The notes under the pieces: model-generated
Database searches by the model: none
What the model was told of the DNA's origin: nothing
The model's input: only the letters and a program-made list of their open reading frames with translations
Part shown: positions 40,501-55,500 of the stretch, piece after piece
Layout: every line of letters starts with the position of its first letter
Position numbering within the stretch: the stretch's first letter is position 1
Position numbers and translations under genes: made by a program
Origin: the human T2T-CHM13v2.0 reference genome, Homo sapiens
Assembly (NCBI RefSeq): GCF_009914755.1
Contig: NC_060942.1
Reading direction: 5' to 3' (one strand)
DNA length: 64,000 nucleotides

Positions 40501-43500
40501 TAAGGTGAAAAAGGAAATATCTTCCCATAAAAACTGGACAGAAGCATTCTCAGAAACTTGGTTATGCTGTATCTACTCAACTAACAAAGTTGAACCTTTC
40601 TTTTGATAGAGCAGTTTTGAAATGGTCTTTTTGTGGAATCTGCAAGTGGATATTTGGCTAGTTTTGAGGATTTCGTTGGAAGCGGGAATTCATACAAATT
40701 GCAGACTGCAGCGTTCTGAGAAACATCTTTGTGATGTTTGTATTCAGGACACAGAGTTGAACATTCCCTATCATAGAGCAGGTTGGAATCACTCCTTTTG
40801 TAGTATCTGGAAGTGGACATTTGGAGCGCTTTCAGGCCTATTTTGGAAAGGGAAATATCTTCCCGTAACAACTATGCAGAAGCATTCTCAGAAACTTGTT
40901 TGTGATGTGTGCCCTCTACTGACAGAGTTGAACCTTTCTTTTCATAGAGCAGTTTTGAAACACTCTTTTTGTAGAATCTGCAAGAGGATATTTGCATAGC
41001 TTTGAGGATTTCGTGGGAAACGGGATTGTCTTCAGGTAAAATCTAGACAGAAGCATTCTCAGAAACTTCTTTGGGATGTTTGCATTCAAGTCACAGAGTA
41101 GAACATTCCCTTTGGTAGAGCAGGTTTGAAACACTCTTTTTGTAGTATCTGGAAGTGGACATTTGGAGCGCTTTCAGGCCCATGTTGGAAAGGGAAATAT
41201 CTTCCCGTAACAACTAGGCAGAAGCATTCTCAGAAACTTATTTGAGATGTGTGTACTCAACTAAGAGAATTGAACCACCGTTTTGAAGGAGCAGTTTTGA
41301 AACACTCTTTTTCTGGAATCTGCAAGAGTATATTTGCCTAGCCTTGAGGATTTCGTTGGAAACGGGATTGTCTTCAGAGAAAATCTAGACAGAAGCATTC
41401 TCAGAAACTTCTTTGGGATGTTTGCATTCAAGTCACAGAGTAGAACATTCCCTTTGGTAGAGCAGGTTTGAAACACTCTTTTTTTAGTATATGGAAGTGG
41501 ACATTTGGATCGCTTTCAGGCCTACGTTGGAAAAGGAAATATCTTCCCATAACAACTAGACAGAAGCATTCTCAGAAACTAGTTTCTGATGTGTGTCCTC
41601 AACTAACACAGTTGAACATTTCTTTAGACAGAACAGTTTTGAAACACTCTTTTTGTGGAATCTGCAAGTGGCTATTTGGCTAGATTTGAGGATTTCGTTG
41701 GAAACGGGATTACATATAAAAAGCAGTCAGCAGCATTCTCAGAAAGTTCTTTGTGATGATTGCATTCAAGTCACAGAATTGAACATTCCCTTTCACAGAG
41801 CAGGTTTGAAACACTCTTTTTGTAGTGTGTGTAAGTGGACATTTGGAGCACTTACCGGCCTAAGGTGAAAAAGGAAATATCTTCCCATAAAAACTAGACA
41901 GAAGCATTCTCAGAAACTTACTCGTGATGTGTGTCCTCAACTAAAGGAGTAGAACCTTTCTTTTCATAGAGAAGTTTTGAAACGCTCTTTTTGTGGAATC
42001 TGCAAGTGGATATTTGGCTAGTTTTGAGGATTTCGTTGGAAGCGGGAATTCATACAAATTGCAGACTGCAGCGTTCTGAGAAACATCTTTGTGATGTTTG
42101 TATTCAGGACACAGAGTTGAACATTCCCTATCATAGAGCAGGTTGGAATCACTCCTTTTGTAGTATCTGGAAGTGGACATTTGGAGCGCTTTCAGGCCTA
42201 TGTTGGAAAAGGAAATATCTTCCCATAACAACTAGACAGAAGCATTCTCAGAAACTTATTTGAGATGTGTGTACTCAACTAAGAGAATTGAACCACCGTT
42301 TTGAAGGAGCAGTTTTGAAACTCTCTTTTTCTGGAATCTGCAAGTGGATATTTGGCTAGCTTTGGGGATTTCGCTGGAAGCGGGAATACATATAAAAAGC
42401 ACACAGCAGCGTTCTGAGAAACTGCTTTCTGATGTTTGCATTCAAGTCAAAAGTTGAACACTCCCTTTCATAGAGCAGTCTTGAAACACCCCTTTTGTAG
42501 TATCTGGAACTGGACTTTTGGAGCGATTTCAGGGCTAAGGTGAAAAAGGAAATATCTTCCCATAAAAACTGGACAGAAGCATTCTCAGAAACTTGGTTAT
42601 GCTGTATCTACTCAACTAACAAAGTTGAACCTTTCTTTTGATAGAGCAGTTTTGAAATGGTCTTTTTGTGGAATCTGCAAGTGGATATTTGGCTAGTTTT
42701 GAGGATTTCGTTGGAAGCGGGAATTCATACAAATTGCAGACTGCAGCGTTCTGAGAAACATCTTTGTGATGTTTGTATTCAGGACACAGAGTTGAACATT
42801 CCCTATCATAGAGCAGGTTGGAATCACTCCTTTTGTAGTATCTGGAAGTGGACATTTGGAGCGCTTTCAGGCCTATTTTGGAAAGGGAAATATCTTCCCG
42901 TAACAACTATGCAGAAGCATTCTCAGAAACTTGTTTGTGATGTGTGCCCTCTACTGACAGAGTTGAACCTTTCTTTTCATAGAGCAGTTTTGAAACACTC
43001 TTTTTGTAGAATCTGCAAGAGGATATTTGCATAGCTTTGAGGATTTCGTGGGAAACGGGATTGTCTTCAGGTAAAATCTAGACAGAAGCATTCTCAGAAA
43101 CTTCTTTGGGATGTTTGCATTCAAGTCACAGAGTAGAACATTCCCTTTGGTAGAGCAGGTTTGAAACACTCTTTTTGTAGTATCTGGAAGTGGACATTTG
43201 GAGCGCTTTCAGGCCCATGTTGGAAAGGGAAATATCTTCCCGTAACAACTAGGCAGAAGCATTCTCAGAAACTTATTTGAGATGTGTGTACTCAACTAAG
43301 AGAATTGAACCACCGTTTTGAAGGAGCAGTTTTGAAACACTCTTTTTCTGGAATCTGCAAGAGTATATTTGCCTAGCCTTGAGGATTTCGTTGGAAACGG
43401 GATTGTCTTCAGAGAAAATCTAGACAGAAGCATTCTCAGAAACTTCTTTGGGATGTTTGCATTCAAGTCACAGAGTAGAACATTCCCTTTGGTAGAGCAG

Positions 43501-46500
43501 GTTTGAAACACTCTTTTTGTAGTATCTGGAAGTGGACATTTGGATCGCTTTCAGGCCTACGTTGGAAAAGGAAATATCTTCCCATAACAACTAGACAGAA
43601 GCATTCTCAGAAACTAGTTTCTGATGTGTGTCCTCAACTAACACAGTTGAACATTTCTTTAGACAGAACAGTTTTGAAACACTCTTTTTGTGGAATCTGC
43701 AAGTGGCTATTTGGCTAGATTTGAGGATTTCGTTGGAAACGGGATTACATATAAAAAGCAGTCAGCAGCATTCTCAGAAAGTTCTTTGTGATGATTGCAT
43801 TCAAGTCACAGAATTGAACATTCCCTTTCACAGAGCAGGTTTGAAACACTCTTTTTGTAGTGTGTGTAAGTGGACATTTGGAGCACTTACCGGCCTAAGG
43901 TGAAAAAGGAAATATCTTCCCATAAAAACTAGACAGAAGCATTCTCAGAAACTTACTCGTGATGTGTGTCCTCAACTAAAGGAGTAGAACCTTTCTTTTC
44001 ATAGAGAAGTTTTGAAACGCTCTTTTTGTGGAATCTGCAAGTGGATATTTGGCTAGTTTTGAGGATTTCGTTGGAAGCGGGAATTCATACAAATTGCAGA
44101 CTGCAGCGTTCTGAGAAACATCTTTGTGATGTTTGTATTCAGGACACAGAGTTGAACATTCCCTATCATAGAGCAGGTTTGAATCACTCCTTTTGTAGTA
44201 TCTGGAAGTGGACATTTGGAGCGCTTTCAGGCCTATGTTGGAAAAGGAAATATCTTCCCATAACAACTAGACAGAAGCATTCTCAGAAACTTATTTGAGA
44301 TGTGTGTACTCAACTAAGAGAATTGAACCACCGTTTTGAAGGAGCAGTTTTGAAACTCTCTTTTTCTGGAATCTGCAAGTGGATATTTGGCTAGCTTTGG
44401 GGATTTCGCTGGAAGCGGGAATACATATAAAAAGCACACAGCAGCGTTCTGAGAAACTGCTTTCTGATGTTTGCATTCAAGTCAAAAGTTGAACACTCCC
44501 TTTCATAGAGCAGTCTTGAAACACCCCTTTTGTAGTATCTGGAACTGGACTTTTGGAGCGATTTCAGGGCTAAGGTGAAAAAGGAAATATCTTCCCATAA
44601 AAACTGGACAGAAGCATTCTCAGAAACTTGGTTATGCTGTATCTACTCAACTAACAAAGTTGAACCTTTCTTTTGATAGAGCAGTTTTGAAATGGTCTTT
44701 TTGTGGAATCTGCAAGTGGATATTTGGCTAGTTTTGAGGATTTCGTTGGAAGCGGGAATTCATACAAATTGCAGACTGCAGCGTTCTGAGAAACATCTTT
44801 GTGATGTTTGTATTCAGGACACAGAGTTGAACATTCCCTATCATAGAGCAGGTTGGAATCACTCCTTTTGTAGTATCTGGAAGTGGACATTTGGAGCGCT
44901 TTCAGGCCTATTTTGGAAAGGGAAATATCTTCCCGTAACAACTATGCAGAAGCATTCTCAGAAACTTGTTTGTGATGTGTGCCCTCTACTGACAGAGTTG
45001 AACCTTTCTTTTCATAGAGCAGTTTTGAAACACTCTTTTTGTAGAATCTGCAAGAGGATATTTGCATAGCTTTGAGGATTTCGTGGGAAACGGGATTGTC
45101 TTCAGGTAAAATCTAGACAGAAGCATTCTCAGAAACTTCTTTGGGATGTTTGCATTCAAGTCACAGAGTAGAACATTCCCTTTGGTAGAGCAGGTTTGAA
45201 ACACTCTTTTTGTAGTATCTGGAAGTGGACATTTGGAGCGCTTTCAGGCCCATGTTGGAAAGGGAAATATCTTCCCGTAACAACTAGGCAGAAGCATTCT
45301 CAGAAACTTATTTGAGATGTGTGTACTCAACTAAGAGAATTGAACCACCGTTTTGAAGGAGCAGTTTTGAAACACTCTTTTTCTGGAATCTGCAAGAGTA
45401 TATTTGCCTAGCCTTGAGGATTTCGTTGGAAACGGGATTGTCTTCAGAGAAAATCTAGACAGAAGCATTCTCAGAAACTTCTTTGGGATGTTTGCATTCA
45501 AGTCACAGAGTAGAACATTCCCTTTGGTAGAGCAGGTTTGAAACACTCTTTTTTTAGTATATGGAAGTGGACATTTGGATCGCTTTCAGGCCTACGTTGG
45601 AAAAGGAAATATCTTCCCATAACAACTAGACAGAAGCATTCTCAGAAACTAGTTTCTGATGTGTGTCCTCAACTAACACAGTTGAACATTTCTTTAGACA
45701 GAACAGTTTTGAAACACTCTTTTTGTGGAATCTGCAAGTGGCTATTTGGCTAGATTTGAGGATTTCGTTGGAAACGGGATTACATATAAAAAGCAGTCAG
45801 CAGCATTCTCAGAAAGTTCTTTGTGATGATTGCATTCAAGTCACAGAATTGAACATTCCCTTTCACAGAGCAGGTTTGAAACACTCTTTTTGTAGTGTGT
45901 GTAAGTGGACATTTGGAGCACTTACCGGCCTAAGGTGAAAAAGGAAATATCTTCCCATAAAAACTAGACAGAAGCATTCTCAGAAACTTACTCGTGATGT
46001 GTGTCCTCAACTAAAGGAGTAGAACCTTTCTTTTCATAGAGAAGTTTTGAAACGCTCTTTTTGTGGAATCTGCAAGTGGATATTTGGCTAGTTTTGAGGA
46101 TTTCGTTGGAAGCGGGAATTCATACAAATTGCAGACTGCAGCGTTCTGAGAAACATCTTTGTGATGTTTGTATTCAGGACACAGAGTTGAACATTCCCTA
46201 TCATAGAGCAGGTTTGAATCACTCCTTTTGTAGTATCTGGAAGTGGACATTTGGAGCGCTTTCAGGCCTATGTTGGAAAAGGAAATATCTTCCCATAACA
46301 ACTAGACAGAAGCATTCTCAGAAACTTATTTGAGATGTGTGTACTCAACTAAGAGAATTGAACCACCGTTTTGAAGGAGCAGTTTTGAAACTCTCTTTTT
46401 CTGGAATCTGCAAGTGGATATTTGGCTAGCTTTGGGGATTTCGCTGGAAGCGGGAATACATATAAAAAGCACACAGCAGCGTTCTGAGAAACTGCTTTCT

Positions 46501-49500
46501 GATGTTTGCATTCAAGTCAAAAGTTGAACACTCCCTTTCATAGAGCAGTCTTGAAACACCCCTTTTGTAGTATCTGGAACTGGACTTTTGGAGCGATTTC
46601 AGGGCTAAGGTGAAAAAGGAAATATCTTCCCATAAAAACTGGACAGAAGCATTCTCAGAAACTTGGTTATGCTGTATCTACTCAACTAACAAAGTTGAAC
46701 CTTTCTTTTGATAGAGCAGTTTTGAAATGGTCTTTTTGTGGAATCTGCAAGTGGATATTTGGCTAGTTTTGAGGATTTCGTTGGAAGCGGGAATTCATAC
46801 AAATTGCAGACTGCAGCGTTCTGAGAAACATCTTTGTGATGTTTGTATTCAGGACACAGAGTTGAACATTCCCTATCATAGAGCAGGTTGGAATCACTCC
46901 TTTTGTAGTATCTGGAAGTGGACATTTGGAGCGCTTTCAGGCCTATTTTGGAAAGGGAAATATCTTCCCGTAACAACTATGCAGAAGCATTCTCAGAAAC
47001 TTGTTTGTGATGTGTGCCCTCTACTGACAGAGTTGAACCTTTCTTTTCATAGAGCAGTTTTGAAACACTCTTTTTGTAGAATCTGCAAGAGGATATTTGC
47101 ATAGCTTTGAGGATTTCGTGGGAAACGGGATTGTCTTCAGGTAAAATCTAGACAGAAGCATTCTCAGAAACTTCTTTGGGATGTTTGCATTCAAGTCACA
47201 GAGTAGAACATTCCCTTTGGTAGAGCAGGTTTGAAACACTCTTTTTGTAGTATCTGGAAGTGGACATTTGGAGCGCTTTCAGGCCCATGTTGGAAAGGGA
47301 AATATCTTCCCGTAACAACTAGGCAGAAGCATTCTCAGAAACTTATTTGAGATGTGTGTACTCAACTAAGAGAATTGAACCACCGTTTTGAAGGAGCAGT
47401 TTTGAAACACTCTTTTTCTGGAATCTGCAAGAGTATATTTGCCTAGCCTTGAGGATTTCGTTGGAAACGGGATTGTCTTCAGAGAAAATCTAGACAGAAG
47501 TATTCTCAGAAACTTCTTTGGGATGTTTGCATTCAAGTCACAGAGTAGAACATTCCCTTTGGTAGAGCAGGTTTGAAACACTCTTTTTGTAGTATCTGGA
47601 AGTGGACATTTGGAGCGCTTTCAGGCCTACGTTGGAAAAGGAAATATCTTCCCATAACAACTAGACAGAAGCATTCTCAGAAACTAGTTTCTGATGTGTG
47701 TTCTCAACTAACACAGTTGAACATTTCTTTAGACAGAACAGTTTTGAAACACTCTTTTTGTGGAATCTGCAAGTGGCTATTTGGCTAGATTTGAGGATTT
47801 CGTTGGAAACGGGATTACATATAAAAAGCAGTCAGCAGCATTCTCAGAATGTTCTTTGTGATGATTGCATTCAAGTCACAGAATTGAACATTCCCTTTCA
47901 CAGAGCAGGTTTGAAACACTCTTTTTGTAGTGTGTGTAAGTGGACATTTGGAGCACTTACCGGCCTAAGGTGAAAAAGGAAATATCTTCCCATAAAAACT
48001 AGACAGAAGCATTCTCAGAAACTTACTCGTGATGTGTGTCCTCAACTAAAGGAGTAGAACCTTTCTTTTCATAGAGAAGTTTTGAAACGCTCTTTTTGTG
48101 GAATCTGCAAGTGGATATTTGGCTAGTTTTGAGGATTTCGTTGGAAGCGGGAATTCATACAAATTGCAGACTGCAGCGTTCTGAGAAACATCTTTGTGAT
48201 GTTTGTATTCAGGACACAGAGTTGAACATTCCCTATCATAGAGCAGGTTTGAATCACTCCTTTTGTAGTATCTGGAAGTGGACATTTGGAGCGCTTTCAG
48301 GCCTATGTTGGAAAAGGAAATATCTTCCCATAACAACTAGACAGAAGCATTCTCAGAAACTTATTTGAGATGTGTGTACTCAACTAAGAGAATTGAACCA
48401 CCGTTTTGAAGGAGCAGTTTTGAAACTCTCTTTTTCTGGAATCTGCAAGTGGATATTTGGCTAGCTTTGGGGATTTCGCTGGAAGCGGGAATACATATAA
48501 AAAGCACACAGCAGCGTTCTGAGAAACTGCTTTCTGATGTTTGCATTCAAGTCAAAAGTTGAACACTCCCTTTCATAGAGCAGTCTTGAAACACCCCTTT
48601 TGTAGTATCTGGAACTGGACTTTTGGAGCGATTTCAGGGCTAAGGTGAAAAAGGAAATATCTTCCCATAAAAACTGGACAGAAGCATTCTCAGAAACTTG
48701 GTTATGCTGTATCTACTCAACTAACAAAGTTGAACCTTTCTTTTGATAGAGCAGTTTTGAAATGGTCTTTTTGTGGAATCTGCAAGTGGATATTTGGCTA
48801 GTTTTGAGGATTTCGTTGGAAGCGGGAATTCATACAAATTGCAGACTGCAGCGTTCTGAGAAACATCTTTGTGATGTTTGTATTCAGGACACAGAGTTGA
48901 ACATTCCCTATCATAGAGCAGGTTGGAATCACTCCTTTTGTAGTATCTGGAAGTGGACATTTGGAGCGCTTTCAGGCCTATTTTGGAAAGGGAAATATCT
49001 TCCCGTAACAACTATGCAGAAGCATTCTCAGAAACTTGTTTGTGATGTGTGCCCTCTACTGACAGAGTTGAACCTTTCTTTTCATAGAGCAGTTTTGAAA
49101 CACTCTTTTTGTAGAATCTGCAAGAGGATATTTGCATAGCTTTGAGGATTTCGTGGGAAACGGGATTGTCTTCAGGTAAAATCTAGACAGAAGCATTCTC
49201 AGAAACTTCTTTGGGATGTTTGCATTCAAGTCACAGAGTAGAACATTCCCTTTGGTAGAGCAGGTTTGAAACACTCTTTTTGTAGTATCTGGAAGTGGAC
49301 ATTTGGAGCGCTTTCAGGCCCATGTTGGAAAGGGAAATATCTTCCCGTAACAACTAGGCAGAAGCATTCTCAGAAACTTATTTGAGATGTGTGTACTCAA
49401 CTAAGAGAATTGAACCACCGTTTTGAAGGAGCAGTTTTGAAACACTCTTTTTCTGGAATCTGCAAGAGTATATTTGCCTAGCCTTGAGGATTTCGTTGGA

Positions 49501-52500
49501 AACGGGATTGTCTTCAGAGAAAATCTAGACAGAAGCATTCTCAGAAACTTCTTTGGGATGTTTGCATTCAAGTCACAGAGTAGAACATTCCCTTTGGTAG
49601 AGCAGGTTTGAAACACTCTTTTTTTAGTATATGGAAGTGGACATTTGGATCGCTTTCAGGCCTACGTTGGAAAAGGAAATATCTTCCCATAACAACTAGA
49701 CAGAAGCATTCTCAGAAACTAGTTTCTGATGTGTGTCCTCAACTAACACAGTTGAACATTTCTTTAGACAGAACAGTTTTGAAACACTCTTTTTGTGGAA
49801 TCTGCAAGTGGCTATTTGGCTAGATTTGAGGATTTCGTTGGAAACGGGATTACATATAAAAAGCAGTCAGCAGCATTCTCAGAAAGTTCTTTGTGATGAT
49901 TGCATTCAAGTCACAGAATTGAACATTCCCTTTCACAGAGCAGGTTTGAAACACTCTTTTTGTAGTGTGTGTAAGTGGACATTTGGAGCACTTACCGGCC
50001 TAAGGTGAAAAAGGAAATATCTTCCCATAAAAACTAGACAGAAGCATTCTCAGAAACTTACTCGTGATGTGTGTCCTCAACTAAAGGAGTAGAACCTTTC
50101 TTTTCATAGAGAAGTTTTGAAACGCTCTTTTTGTGGAATCTGCAAGTGGATATTTGGCTAGTTTTGAGGATTTCGTTGGAAGCGGGAATTCATACAAATT
50201 GCAGACTGCAGCGTTCTGAGAAACATCTTTGTGATGTTTGTATTCAGGACACAGAGTTGAACATTCCCTATCATAGAGCAGGTTGGAATCACTCCTTTTG
50301 TAGTATCTGGAAGTGGACATTTGGAGCGCTTTCAGGCCTATGTTGGAAAAGGAAATATCTTCCCATAACAACTAGACAGAAGCATTCTCAGAAACTTATT
50401 TGAGATGTGTGTACTCAACTAAGAGAATTGAACCACCGTTTTGAAGGAGCAGTTTTGAAACTCTCTTTTTCTGGAATCTGCAAGTGGATATTTGGCTAGC
50501 TTTGGGGATTTCGCTGGAAGCGGGAATACATATAAAAAGCACACAGCAGCGTTCTGAGAAACTGCTTTCTGATGTTTGCATTCAAGTCAAAAGTTGAACA
50601 CTCCCTTTCATAGAGCAGTCTTGAAACACCCCTTTTGTAGTATCTGGAACTGGACTTTTGGAGCGATTTCAGGGCTAAGGTGAAAAAGGAAATATCTTCC
50701 CATAAAAACTGGACAGAAGCATTCTCAGAAACTTGGTTATGCTGTATCTACTCAACTAACAAAGTTGAACCTTTCTTTTGATAGAGCAGTTTTGAAATGG
50801 TCTTTTTGTGGAATCTGCAAGTGGATATTTGGCTAGTTTTGAGGATTTCGTTGGAAGCGGGAATTCATACAAATTGCAGACTGCAGCGTTCTGAGAAACA
50901 TCTTTGTGATGTTTGTATTCAGGACACAGAGTTGAACATTCCCTATCATAGAGCAGGTTGGAATCACTCCTTTTGTAGTATCTGGAAGTGGACATTTGGA
51001 GCGCTTTCAGGCCTATTTTGGAAAGGGAAATATCTTCCCGTAACAACTATGCAGAAGCATTCTCAGAAACTTGTTTGTGATGTGTGCCCTCTACTGACAG
51101 AGTTGAACCTTTCTTTTCATAGAGCAGTTTTGAAACACTCTTTTTGTAGAATCTGCAAGAGGATATTTGCATAGCTTTGAGGATTTCGTGGGAAACGGGA
51201 TTGTCTTCAGGTAAAATCTAGACAGAAGCATTCTCAGAAACTTCTTTGGGATGTTTGCATTCAAGTCACAGAGTAGAACATTCCCTTTGGTAGAGCAGGT
51301 TTGAAACACTCTTTTTGTAGTATCTGGAAGTGGACATTTGGAGCGCTTTCAGGCCCATGTTGGAAAGGGAAATATCTTCCCGTAACAACTAGGCAGAAGC
51401 ATTCTCAGAAACTTATTTGAGATGTGTGTACTCAACTAAGAGAATTGAACCACCGTTTTGAAGGAGCAGTTTTGAAACACTCTTTTTCTGGAATCTGCAA
51501 GAGTATATTTGCCTAGCCTTGAGGATTTCGTTGGAAACGGGATTGTCTTCAGAGAAAATCTAGACAGAAGCATTCTCAGAAACTTCTTTGGGATGTTTGC
51601 ATTCAAGTCACAGAGTAGAACATTCCCTTTGGTAGAGCAGGTTTGAAACACTCTTTTTTTAGTATATGGAAGTGGACATTTGGATCGCTTTCAGGCCTAC
51701 GTTGGAAAAGGAAATATCTTCCCATAACAACTAGACAGAAGCATTCTCAGAAACTAGTTTCTGATGTGTGTCCTCAACTAACACAGTTGAACATTTCTTT
51801 AGACAGAACAGTTTTGAAACACTCTTTTTGTGGAATCTGCAAGTGGCTATTTGGCTAGATTTGAGGATTTCGTTGGAAACGGGATTACATATAAAAAGCA
51901 GTCAGCAGCATTCTCAGAAAGTTCTTTGTGATGATTGCATTCAAGTCACAGAATTGAACATTCCCTTTCACAGAGCAGGTTTGAAACACTCTTTTTGTAG
52001 TGTGTGTAAGTGGACATTTGGAGCACTTACCGGCCTAAGGTGAAAAAGGAAATATCTTCCCATAAAAACTAGACAGAAGCATTCTCAGAAACTTACTCGT
52101 GATGTGTGTCCTCAACTAAAGGAGTAGAACCTTTCTTTTCATAGAGAAGTTTTGAAACGCTCTTTTTGTGGAATCTGCAAGTGGATATTTGGCTAGTTTT
52201 GAGGATTTCGTTGGAAGCGGGAATTCATACAAATTGCAGACTGCAGCGTTCTGAGAAACATCTTTGTGATGTTTGTATTCAGGACACAGAGTTGAACATT
52301 CCCTATCATAGAGCAGGTTGGAATCACTCCTTTTGTAGTATCTGGAAGTGGACATTTGGAGCGCTTTCAGGCCTATGTTGGAAAAGGAAATATCTTCCCA
52401 TAACAACTAGACAGAAGCATTCTCAGAAACTTATTTGAGATGTGTGTACTCAACTAAGAGAATTGAACCACCGTTTTGAAGGAGCAGTTTTGAAACTCTC

Positions 52501-55500
52501 TTTTTCTGGAATCTGCAAGTGGATATTTGGCTAGCTTTGGGGATTTCGCTGGAAGCGGGAATACATATAAAAAGCACACAGCAGCGTTCTGAGAAACTGC
52601 TTTCTGATGTTTGCATTCAAGTCAAAAGTTGAACACTCCCTTTCATAGAGCAGTCTTGAAACACCCCTTTTGTAGTATCTGGAACTGGACTTTTGGAGCG
52701 ATTTCAGGGCTAAGGTGAAAAAGGAAATATCTTCCCATAAAAACTGGACAGAAGCATTCTCAGAAACTTGGTTATGCTGTATCTACTCAACTAACAAAGT
52801 TGAACCTTTCTTTTGATAGAGCAGTTTTGAAATGGTCTTTTTGTGGAATCTGCAAGTGGATATTTGGCTAGTTTTGAGGATTTCGTTGGAAGCGGGAATT
52901 CATACAAATTGCAGACTGCAGCGTTCTGAGAAACATCTTTGTGATGTTTGTATTCAGGACACAGAGTTGAACATTCCCTATCATAGAGCAGGTTGGAATC
53001 ACTCCTTTTGTAGTATCTGGAAGTGGACATTTGGAGCGCTTTCAGGCCTATTTTGGAAAGGGAAATATCTTCCCGTAACAACTATGCAGAAGCATTCTCA
53101 GAAACTTGTTTGTGATGTGTGCCCTCTACTGACAGAGTTGAACCTTTCTTTTCATAGAGCAGTTTTGAAACACTCTTTTTGTAGAATCTGCAAGAGGATA
53201 TTTGCATAGCTTTGAGGATTTCGTGGGAAACGGGATTGTCTTCAGGTAAAATCTAGACAGAAGCATTCTCAGAAACTTCTTTGGGATGTTTGCATTCAAG
53301 TCACAGAGTAGAACATTCCCTTTGGTAGAGCAGGTTTGAAACACTCTTTTTGTAGTATCTGGAAGTGGACATTTGGAGCGCTTTCAGGCCCATGTTGGAA
53401 AGGGAAATATCTTCCCGTAACAACTAGGCAGAAGCATTCTCAGAAACTTATTTGAGATGTGTGTACTCAACTAAGAGAATTGAACCACCGTTTTGAAGGA
53501 GCAGTTTTGAAACACTCTTTTTCTGGAATCTGCAAGAGTATATTTGCCTAGCCTTGAGGATTTCGTTGGAAACGGGATTGTCTTCAGAGAAAATCTAGAC
53601 AGAAGCATTCTCAGAAACTTCTTTGGGATGTTTGCATTCAAGTCACAGAGTAGAACATTCCCTTTGGTAGAGCAGGTTTGAAACACTCTTTTTTTAGTAT
53701 ATGGAAGTGGACATTTGGATCGCTTTCAGGCCTACGTTGGAAAAGGAAATATCTTCCCATAACAACTAGACAGAAGCATTCTCAGAAACTAGTTTCTGAT
53801 GTGTGTCCTCAACTAACACAGTTGAACATTTCTTTAGACAGAACAGTTTTGAAACACTCTTTTTGTGGAATCTGCAAGTGGCTATTTGGCTAGATTTGAG
53901 GATTTCGTTGGAAACGGGATTACATATAAAAAGCAGTCAGCAGCATTCTCAGAAAGTTCTTTGTGATGATTGCATTCAAGTCACAGAATTGAACATTCCC
54001 TTTCACAGAGCAGGTTTGAAACACTCTTTTTGTAGTGTGTGTAAGTGGACATTTGGAGCACTTACCGGCCTAAGGTGAAAAAGGAAATATCTTCCCATAA
54101 AAACTAGACAGAAGCATTCTCAGAAACTTACTCGTGATGTGTGTCCTCAACTAAAGGAGTAGAACCTTTCTTTTCATAGAGAAGTTTTGAAACGCTCTTT
54201 TTGTGGAATCTGCAAGTGGATATTTGGCTAGTTTTGAGGATTTCGTTGGAAGCGGGAATTCATACAAATTGCAGACTGCAGCGTTCTGAGAAACATCTTT
54301 GTGATGTTTGTATTCAGGACACAGAGTTGAACATTCCCTATCATAGAGCAGGTTGGAATCACTCCTTTTGTAGTATCTGGAAGTGGACATTTGGAGCGCT
54401 TTCAGGCCTATGTTGGAAAAGGAAATATCTTCCCATAACAACTAGACAGAAGCATTCTCAGAAACTTATTTGAGATGTGTGTACTCAACTAAGAGAATTG
54501 AACCACCGTTTTGAAGGAGCAGTTTTGAAACTCTCTTTTTCTGGAATCTGCAAGTGGATATTTGGCTAGCTTTGGGGATTTCGCTGGAAGCGGGAATACA
54601 TATAAAAAGCACACAGCAGCGTTCTGAGAAACTGCTTTCTGATGTTTGCATTCAAGTCAAAAGTTGAACACTCCCTTTCATAGAGCAGTCTTGAAACACC
54701 CCTTTTGTAGTATCTGGAACTGGACTTTTGGAGCGATTTCAGGGCTAAGGTGAAAAAGGAAATATCTTCCCATAAAAACTGGACAGAAGCATTCTCAGAA
54801 ACTTGGTTATGCTGTATCTACTCAACTAACAAAGTTGAACCTTTCTTTTGATAGAGCAGTTTTGAAATGGTCTTTTTGTGGAATCTGCAAGTGGATATTT
54901 GGCTAGTTTTGAGGATTTCGTTGGAAGCGGGAATTCATACAAATTGCAGACTGCAGCGTTCTGAGAAACATCTTTGTGATGTTTGTATTCAGGACACAGA
55001 GTTGAACATTCCCTATCATAGAGCAGGTTGGAATCACTCCTTTTGTAGTATCTGGAAGTGGACATTTGGAGCGCTTTCAGGCCTATTTTGGAAAGGGAAA
55101 TATCTTCCCGTAACAACTATGCAGAAGCATTCTCAGAAACTTGTTTGTGATGTGTGCCCTCTACTGACAGAGTTGAACCTTTCTTTTCATAGAGCAGTTT
55201 TGAAACACTCTTTTTGTAGAATCTGCAAGAGGATATTTGCATAGCTTTGAGGATTTCGTGGGAAACGGGATTGTCTTCAGGTAAAATCTAGACAGAAGCA
55301 TTCTCAGAAACTTCTTTGGGATGTTTGCATTCAAGTCACAGAGTAGAACATTCCCTTTGGTAGAGCAGGTTTGAAACACTCTTTTTGTAGTATCTGGAAG
55401 TGGACATTTGGAGCGCTTTCAGGCCCATGTTGGAAAGGGAAATATCTTCCCGTAACAACTAGGCAGAAGCATTCTCAGAAACTTATTTGAGATGTGTGTA

